A stretch of DNA of 64,000 nucleotides, from NCBI GenBank assembly GCA_951406725.2, contig CATOCA020000001.1:3782001-3846000 (forward strand), given 5' to 3'. Numbering within the stretch: position 1 is the stretch's first letter; each line of letters starts with the position of its first letter. Both the position numbers and the translations under genes were made by a program. Below, in pieces: positions 55,143-64,000 of the stretch. Below the pieces are notes generated by a model that searched no databases, was not told the DNA's origin, and saw nothing but the letters and a program-made list of their open reading frames with translations. Source of the stretch: Octopus vulgaris. Its lineage: Eukaryota.

Positions 55143-57787
55143 TGCCAATAGGGCAGTCATATGGGAGAAGATACAGTAGAAAATGCGGTGAGAGCTGGCA
55201 GAATCTTCAGGACGTCGGGCGAAATGCTTAGCGGTATTTCTTCTGCCGTTACCTTCTGAGTTCAAATTCCTCCGAGGTCGACTTTGCCTTTCATCCATTC
55301 GGGGTCGATTAAAGAAGTACTAGTTACGCACTGTGGTCGATATAATCAACTTAATCCGTTTGTCTGTCCTTGTTTGTCCTCTCTGTGTTTACCCCTTGTG
55401 GGTAGTAAAGAAACAGGATACAGTAGACATGGACAGTGGAGATTTAACGCTGAGACAACGAGTACACAGTTAAAAGAATAACAATGATATCCGACAAAAG
55501 AATATAACAATGAAAGTTCGTAATAGGTGAAGGTAATCCCCTGGAGTTGGCTCAGGTACCCCCACCCCAATCCTGAACCACTCGACGCCTCGAGGGCATC
55601 TGGGAAGTGCACTCTCCTCCCTCTCAAATTCATTAGCCCACAGGTGCGTTATTAGAGTAGGTCCACTCACACGTACCATTTTCGCTATTCATCCACCTCT
55701 TGGCAAACGTACTGGGAGGCGGCACTTCACTCTGCACCCTCATCTTCCTTTCCAAAGGAAATTTGAGAAAGTTGACGAGTGATTGGCCGTAGAGAAAAGT
55801 CTCTGCCTTTAGTCCTTTTAACCTGATACACAATACAGCCTCTTTCGCTACTGTTATAAGAATCGAAGTAAATAGTGTCATTTTCCGGACTGATGGAAAG
55901 CGGCTGAGCGATCTTCACTACGGACTCGGCCGATAGATAGAACCACCGTACACGTGATAACAGCTGTTCAACATAACTCCACATGTCAGTAATGCAAGGA
56001 CACTGGACGAGTGCGTGCAGAACGCTTTCATCGCTCTGCGCACCTCTCGGGTAGGTCGGTCAGACAGCACTTCCGTGCTTGTAGAGTTTATCACGATCCG
56101 GCAGTGCCCCCCGATGCTGGTGTGTTTACGTCCCTGTAACTTAGCGTTTCGGCAAAAGAGACCGACAGAATAAGTACTAGGCTTATAAAGAATAAGTCCT
56201 GGGGTCGATTTACTCGACTAGAGGTGGTGCTCCAGCACGGCCACATTCAAATCACAGAAACAAGTAAAAGAGTAAAAAAGAGAGAGAGAGAGCTCATCTG
56301 TACCCAAACATTCAATAGTTTGATGTCCTATTTTCATAGGAGTGAGGGGAAGAGGGAGAGGAAAACATGCAGGGGCCTCTAAACTGTTTAACGTATTTGT
56401 ATCTGAGAAAGTCTCCAGTATTCTTGATGCCTTCTGCAAAAAGTGAAAGATAAAAAAGGAAATTGAAAAAAAAACTAATTGTCTTCCAGTATCTGTGTGT
56501 GTGTCTGTGTGCGTGTGTGTGTGTGTCTGTGTGTGTTTTTGTGTGATGCAATGAGATACATAACCATGCCTATAAGTTTCTTTAATATAAAACTGAAGTG
56601 AATATTAATGATAATATTAAATGATAATTTTAAATGACATAATTTTTCTGTGAAGAAGGTTTAGTCTTCAATGTTTTCAGTCTCGTCCACCACTCTACTT
56701 CTTTAGCCACCGGGCAGAAGAAACTGCTTTTCATTCCCGGCCAAAAGAAGGTGGCGGGGCGATCTTTACAATGAACTCGGCTCGTAAACTGGACGGATGA
56801 GTGCATGCAGGACTATTTCCTCGGCCTGCACACACCCCCGACAAATCCGTCCGACAACACTTTCGTATCTGTAGAGCTTGTCTTGAATCGGCAGAGCTTC
56901 CAGGTAGCACTGCCAGGCCAGGGATTCCTGGAAGTTAAAGACCAGTTAGTTGATTCCCTCCACCTCCGCCCAGAATTTTCCCCGATTTTGTCGTTGTTCT
57001 TTCCCCTCTACTAATCCCCTATAGAAATCCATGTTGGAACTATCAACGCCCGCGTTGCCGAATGGCAGAAAGCTGTGAAAGCTTGCCGACACTCCAGGTG
57101 CCAAGCGCCCTTTCTTGGCCAACGCTTGACTCAGTACTGTAGCTTCATCAGTGAGACGAGCTGCGGAAAGTGCCCGCTTCACAAACAGTCAATCCCCTAT
57201 TCTCACCGCTAAAGAAACGAAGGAGATGTCGCAGTCTCAGCGTACGTCTGCGAATCATTAGCAACGACATGTCCAGTACTCTACTGAGAGGTTGTTGACA
57301 GCAGATGGACCGTCTGATGAGCGGAACACATCCCTTCTTTAGAAAGCGGAATAAGAAACGCTCTAACTTTATCGGGCATGGGACTACATTCAGAAAGTCA
57401 TAGATGACGGAAGGGATGTACGCATTCGCCACTTCGACTCGACCCTTCACGAACAGCTTCCTCTCTGCCAACTTCTGGGTGAGATCGACTATCCTGTTCG
57501 TCACCTCCCACCCGTTGTTGTCCACCCCGAGGTCAAGAGCAAATCAGAATCCAAGCAGTTTAACCTGTCATTCCGTCTAGCGCCCTACAAACTGTCGGTT
57601 GGTATGGGTCTGCCTCTCCACCTGCCGATTTGCAGGCCCACCGACTTCTCTTGGATAAGCTTTGCTCCTATCACCGCTTCGTGGCCTGTATTATGATGCC
57701 GTAGTCTGTGTTAGTTGATACGAAAATTCCACATTCTAAGTCATATATATATATATATACATATATATGTATATGTATATGTATATG

Positions 57788-57850
<63 letters not shown>

Positions 57851-58173
57851 CATCTGTATTTCTAATTATATTATTTCGATTTGAAAAGTTTCAATCAGCA
57901 GTTTATGACGATTGGCGGTGGAAGTGGAAGAGTTAAAATAAGAGAGTGGGGAGAGGGAGTGATAGAAGAGAGAGAGGGGAAAGAAGAGGAGGAGAGTTGA
58001 TGTGTACAATTGTGAGTGTGTGTGTGTGTGTCTGTGTGTGTGATGCAATTAGATACACAACCCTGCCTAATCTTTTCTTTAATATGAAACTGGAGGGAAT
58101 ATCACATTAACGATTGCATTAAATGACAATTTTACTGAGAAGTGAGTGAAAAGTTTAGCCGGAAAAAAATTCC

Positions 58174-58205
<32 letters not shown>

Positions 58206-58216
58206 TAATAATAATA

Positions 58217-58247
<31 letters not shown>

Positions 58248-58298
58248 TTAATAATAATAATGAAAATAATAATAATATTAATAATAATAATGATAATG

Positions 58299-58339
<41 letters not shown>

Positions 58340-61300
58340 TATTATTATTATTATTATTATTATTTGCCAATAGGGCCGGCATATGGGAGAAGATACAGTA
58401 GAAAATGCGGTGAGAGCTGGCAGAATCTTCAGTACGTCGGGCGAAATGCTTAGCGGTATTTCTTCTGCCGTTACCTTCTGAGTTCAAATTCCCCCGAGTT
58501 CGACTTTGCCTTTCATCCTTTCGGGGTCGATTAAAGAAGTACCAGTTACGCACTGTGATCGATATAATCGAATTAATCCGTTTGTCTGTCCTTGTTTGTC
58601 CTCTCTGTGTTTAGCCCCTTGTGGGTAGTAAAGAAACAGGACACAGTAGACATGGACAGTGGGGATTTAACACAGAGACAACGAGTACACAGTTAAAAGA
58701 ATAACAATGATATCCGACAAAAGAATATAACAATGAAAGTTCGTAATAGGTGCAGGTAATCCCCAGGAGTTGGCTCAGGTAACCCCACCCCAATCCTGAA
58801 CCACTCGACGCTTCGAGAGCATCTGGGAAGATCACTCTCCTCCCTTTAAAAATTCACTAGCCCAAAGGCGTGTTATTAGAGTAGGTCCACTCACACGTAC
58901 CATTTTCGCTATTCATCCACCTTTTGGCAAACGTACTGGGAGGCAGCACTTCACTCTGCACCCTCATCTTCCTTTCCAAAGGAAATTTGAAAAAGTTGAC
59001 GAGTGATTGGCCGTAGAGAAAAGTTTCTGCCTTTAGTCCGTTTAACCTGGTCCACAATACAGCCTCTTTCGCTACTGCTATTAGACATAAGTAAATTGCC
59101 TGACCTTCCGGACTAATGGAAAGCGGCTGAGCGATCTTCACTACGGTCTCGGCCGATAGATAGAACCACCCTACACGTGATAACAGCTGTTCAACATAAC
59201 TCCACATGTCAGTAATGCAAGGACACTGGACGAGTGCGTGCAGAATGATTTCATAGCTCTGCGCACATGTCGGGTAGGTCGGTCAGACAGAACTTCCGTG
59301 CTTGTAGAGTTTATCTCGAACCGTCAGTGCCCCCCGACAGCACTGCATAACAAGGGACTTCTAGAAGTTATCCATCGTCCCCGTCTTGAAAGTCCTCCTC
59401 AACAGACTGGTTAGTTCAATTTTGTCAACGCCTAGCGTCTCTCCAAGTGCTTCATCGCACTTTCCCTCCACTAACCCTCCATAGAACTTCAGAGTGGATT
59501 TTCTACTGATCGCATTGCCCACCTGGTAGAGGACAGTGAGTGCCTAGCAACATTCCAGATGCCAGTAACCCTTCCTCGGTCTCTTCTTGACCCACGACTG
59601 CAGCTTACTCAAGGAGATGAGATGTGGAAAAGCCTGTTTGACAAACGATGACCACACCTGTTCACCATTTACGCAGAATGTTTGGAGGTGCCGCAGCCCC
59701 AGTGCATGTCTTCCACAGCATGCCCAGTGTTCCGGAAATCGGAAAGCGAAAGCACAAAAACGAAAATTTGAAAAGGGAAAAGTAAAAACACAACATTTAA
59801 GAGTTCTCCTTGTTAGACATTGAATTATAAGGCTAATAAAATATCAAAAATCTAATCAAGAATAGACGGAATTTTCCAGATCTTCAAAATATATTTATAC
59901 TTGACAACGACTGAAAATTCCCGACCTAGAGTCCAATAGAGGATTAAGCATCTTAGATCTGAACAGGATATGCACTCTTTCAGCTAAACAATGTTTATAT
60001 TTATTCGATCCATTCACATAAGTTATGGATTCTCAATTACTTCCCATCCAGTCACATGTAGTGTTTCTTTTTCTTCCAAACTTAGCCAGTTTCGTAGCTT
60101 TACTTTTGTCCTATGTCGGAAGGGGATTATGTGATTGGCATAACGACTTTGAAATTCACCTTAAATAAGCAAAAGATTAAAAGAATAAAAGATTATGTGT
60201 GTGTGTGTGTACATGCATACAAAAATACACCCACATACGCACGGATATGTACATAAGCGCGCACACACACACACATAGGCGTATGGATTATTGTTTCGGT
60301 AAGTTGTGTCCACGAGAAAGACACTTCCAGTGCTCTCATCTGAAAAGTACCAGCATTAACCAGGGGTTAACATTGCGACAGACTGGTATCCTGTGTGTTG
60401 TATCCTTGGGTGTTGAAATACGTTCGATACCGAGATATACTGGGGGCCTAATGCGCCTGTAGATCAGGCAGAGAATTTAGCTTAGAAAATGCTTTAATGT
60501 AGACATTCAGGCATGCGCAGTCAAGTGTTTGTGTAACGTTTATGGAGTAAAAGTCGATATGAATATGACAAAAAAAGAAACACCGTATTTTCCGCTGTAT
60601 AAGCCGCTATTTTCTACCTGCGAAATTTAGTGTGCCTCTTAGAGAAAGGTGCGCCTAATGTGTGTAACTTTTTTTTATAGTTCCAGGAGGAAAATAATTT
60701 GTGTATGGAGATCGAATGTTTCCACTGATTTTTTTGGAGGAAGGGTCGGTCGATGAAAGACTATTGCTACAGGGCATTGGTGCCTGGAAGAAAACAAATC
60801 ACATTTGTTTTGTTTTAACTTCAAGTTTTGATAATGTTTTTTTTATCCAATAAAGAATTTAATATTGACGGAAGGTGTTTGTTGCTGATTATAGTAAGAT
60901 AAAATTTTTAAAAAATCAACAATACATCTCAAAGTTGAAGAATAAAACATTTTGAAAATACATACACATCAACAACAACAAAGCTAGCAGCGGTCACGTG
61001 GTTCCATAAGTCTTTATAAAACACCGGTAGGCTTTATGTGTGGATAAAAACCAAAATTTTCCCCCAAATCCCAAGCTAAACTTCACAATACAATAATACA
61101 AACATTAATAAGCCACCTCAATTGTATAATACTAATCTTAAGCCAACATTCTACAACCCTATCTACTAGACGACAAATATTAGTTCCATTACAACCTCTC
61201 AATCCGATACTAATATAAATCCCAATTTAGATTCTCCCCACTAACAACAAACCAACCAACATCAACATTACTAATAGTAAACCCCAACCACTTGCAACTG

Positions 61301-61822
61301 TCGCGCTTCTGAAATATATGGTATGCAGACACCTGTCTCCTCAAAAGCGTAATCTATAAGTGCCACGTGATTACCCCATGCACCCACCAGGCAAGGGTGT
61401 ATATTAATGGCACTGAGGATTTTCAATGTCGTTGTCGTGCTCATATGTATTCTTTCACTAATCCCGAATCTAAACTATTTCAATCTTTAGCAACACACAT
61501 ATACAACCTCAATTCAAAACAATGTCCAACACGCTCTATCGTGGTTCATAGTATGTGAAGCTCCCCTCTACAACACAAATATAGGTAAATGTATGTTATG
61601 TATAAAAGGGTCATTAACTATTCTTCGCCTCCACAACTCCTCACTGTTAAATTCTCTGACGTTATTTTTTATCGTAAGCATAAAAACTGCCCGACATTCA
61701 TGCACTTCCCTAATTCCAAATAAATAAAGCTGTAATGTAAAACAAGTGTCAACCTGACAATCGACAAGTGAACACATTCCAAATAGCAAATATGTGTGTG
61801 TGTGTCTATGTATACATATATG

Positions 61823-61930
<108 letters not shown>

Positions 61931-62832
61931 CATATGCAATACATATGAAATATCCAAAATTGCATTTACAAATACATAATATATACATACAAGCTCTTAC
62001 ATACATACATGCAAACACACACACATATACGCACAATATATATACATATAAACTCCTACATTAATACACAGTATTAAAAACATTAAGTAGTCAGCATATA
62101 TATATAGATACCTACAGAAATATAAATATATATAACACGCATCCCAAATTTATTCCATGTATTATGATCAATCGATTTTTCATCCTCCTCTCAGCCTCCT
62201 AAATCTCTCCAACACACATCACAAATTTCCTCAAATTTTTGCTTTTCAACCGTCTCTACTCTCATTTGACCCATCTCGGCTTCAAACAATAATTAACAAA
62301 AGTCAAATACTAAGAAAAATACCGACCCGATTTTTTGTACTACTAACATTCTTAACCACTCCCTCGTACCTGAAAAGTGTCCTTAAAAAATACCCCACGT
62401 AATTTGAGATGAAATTGCTGTTTCATTATTGTACCAGCTAGAGGGGGATACTCCTTCAACATTCAGATGAATTACTTATTTATTCACATCGTTTAAAATT
62501 AAACATACGTTATCTTCTAGCTTTGAGATTTTGATTATGTGATTGCTTACTTTTAGAATAACTTTGCATGGTGGTTGTGAAAAGGCTGATCTGTTCAGTT
62601 TCCACAGAAAACAGGAAGAATATTTGGGCCCGACGTGACCAGTGCCAATATTAATGGGTTAACTGAAAATTACTGAAGTAAAAATAAAAGCATAAAAAAA
62701 CATTTTAGGTAATTTGGGGACCCAAATTTATGATTTCTTAAGGGTGGAGAACCTTTTTATCCCATCCTTAATGCTGTTGAGGAGACTGGACAATGGCCAA
62801 TAGAAGGCCGATATAATATAATGAAAATCGTA

Positions 62833-62947
62833 ACTTACCAATAAAGTGCTGTTAGTCTCTGTTCGTAAGAGGTAGTGAATGTTTATATATATCTATATAT
62901 ATATATGTGCGCATATATATATATTGCGTCATTTGTTTATTTACCAT
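62833..62947 (-). promoter_or_regulatory. Candidate promoter/exon-1 cassette, copy 5 (exon ~62839-62881)
   Basis: Exon and donor identical to copy 1. Confidence 0.45.
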
Positions 62948-62980
62948 ACATTTCTTCAATGAAGTAGCACACAATTATGC

Positions 62981-63038
<58 letters not shown>

Positions 63039-63198
63039 ATAGATTGGCGTCTTTATTTCTCATTATATGAATCCGATATGAAAAGTTTGCGTCAGCAGTC
63101 AAAGATGGGCGTTGATAGTGGAAGAGTGTAAATGAGAGAGGGGAAAGAAAGTGATAGAAAGAGAGAGAGAGAGGGGGGGAGAAAGAAGAAAAAGACGG

Positions 63199-63245
<47 letters not shown>

Positions 63246-63512
63246 TGTGATGCTATTAGCTACATAACCATGTACTAAGGATTTGGTGAGATTGATACAT
63301 TTTAATTCCCTTCACTTACTCAGTATACCCTCCTTCTTCCCCGACATTAGCATTCCAGCAGAAATGGAGAAATGAAAATTATGTCACTGTCTGGTGTTGC
63401 ATGTGTGTATGTATGTGTGTGTGTGTATATGCGTAACTGCATGAGACTGTTTACATCCGCGTAACTGAAATTAACTTGAAATAATCTAAGTACTATTTTA
63501 CAAATTGTGATA

Positions 63513-63552
<40 letters not shown>

Positions 63553-63829
63553 TATATATATATATATATATAAACACGCACACACAGTTATCAGAATTAT
63601 ATAAACGTATATATTCATGTATTTGTATATATATATATATATATATATATAAGTAGGTGAATGAATTATTCTAGCATGGAAAATTCGTTTAACCGATACC
63701 TGGGTAGCAAATTCACGTCGGAAAACACAGTTGAAGTGAGATGTCAAGGGTAGAAACTCCGGGTTCTTGTGTGCAAATTTGTGTTATTTATATGAATAAA
63801 TGAAAGAATGGAGTCGAACGAGGTTTTTA

Positions 63830-63911
63830 CTCTCGACTATGTTTCGAAGACGGCATAATTTTAATTCCGAAGGAATAAATGGTGCATTATGCCATCTTCT
63901 CATCAGGAAAG
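63830..63911 (-). ncRNA. Type I minimal hammerhead ribozyme, copy 3 (variant)
   Basis: ctttc-CUGAUGA-gaagatggcataat...attatgccgtcttc-GAAA-C-ata-GUC-gagag; stem II fully paired (14/14 with one U-G), loop III changed to ATA. Confidence 0.8.
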
Positions 63912-64000
63912 ATTAAGAGCCTCTTTCAGCCACAAGACGAACAAAATTTTTGATGATTGCCTACATGGTGACCACAGTGACAATGAGTGTTTTTTTTAAA

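Overview
Eukaryotic, AT-rich DNA dense in microsatellites and retroelements. The SINE, Tx1, Dong and Penelope mix looks like a coleoid cephalopod (Octopus-like) genome; this is inferred, not proven. The only clear host gene is the 5' end of a minus-strand secreted or cell-surface leucine-rich-repeat (LRR) gene: a signal peptide/LRRNT exon at 3569-3779 and the first LRR exon at 1-67, running off the left edge. Almost everything from ~5.1 kb to 64 kb is a mosaic tandem segmental amplification of about a dozen reshuffled modules, with unit spacings of 7.6, 9.7, 21.3 and 18.3 kb. Five notable features sit inside it. (i) Five sequence-identical copies of a candidate non-coding first exon with a G|GTAAGT donor and promoter-like motifs point toward the LRR gene. 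(ii) Three minus-strand Penelope-type hammerhead ribozymes with intact cores each lie upstream of one of these cassettes, plus two degenerate ones. (iii) In two units a 99-bp inverted copy of the hammerhead 3' half is inserted on the far side of the cassette. (iv) Two ~2.4-kb palindromes of tail-to-tail R4/Dong LINE fragments sit in (TAA)n, with signs of arm-to-arm exchange. (v) A single-copy block (13.6-17.2 kb) has exon-like segments that could encode a 73-aa two-TM microprotein. Most ORFs in the supplied track are microsatellite artefacts or dead retroelement fragments.
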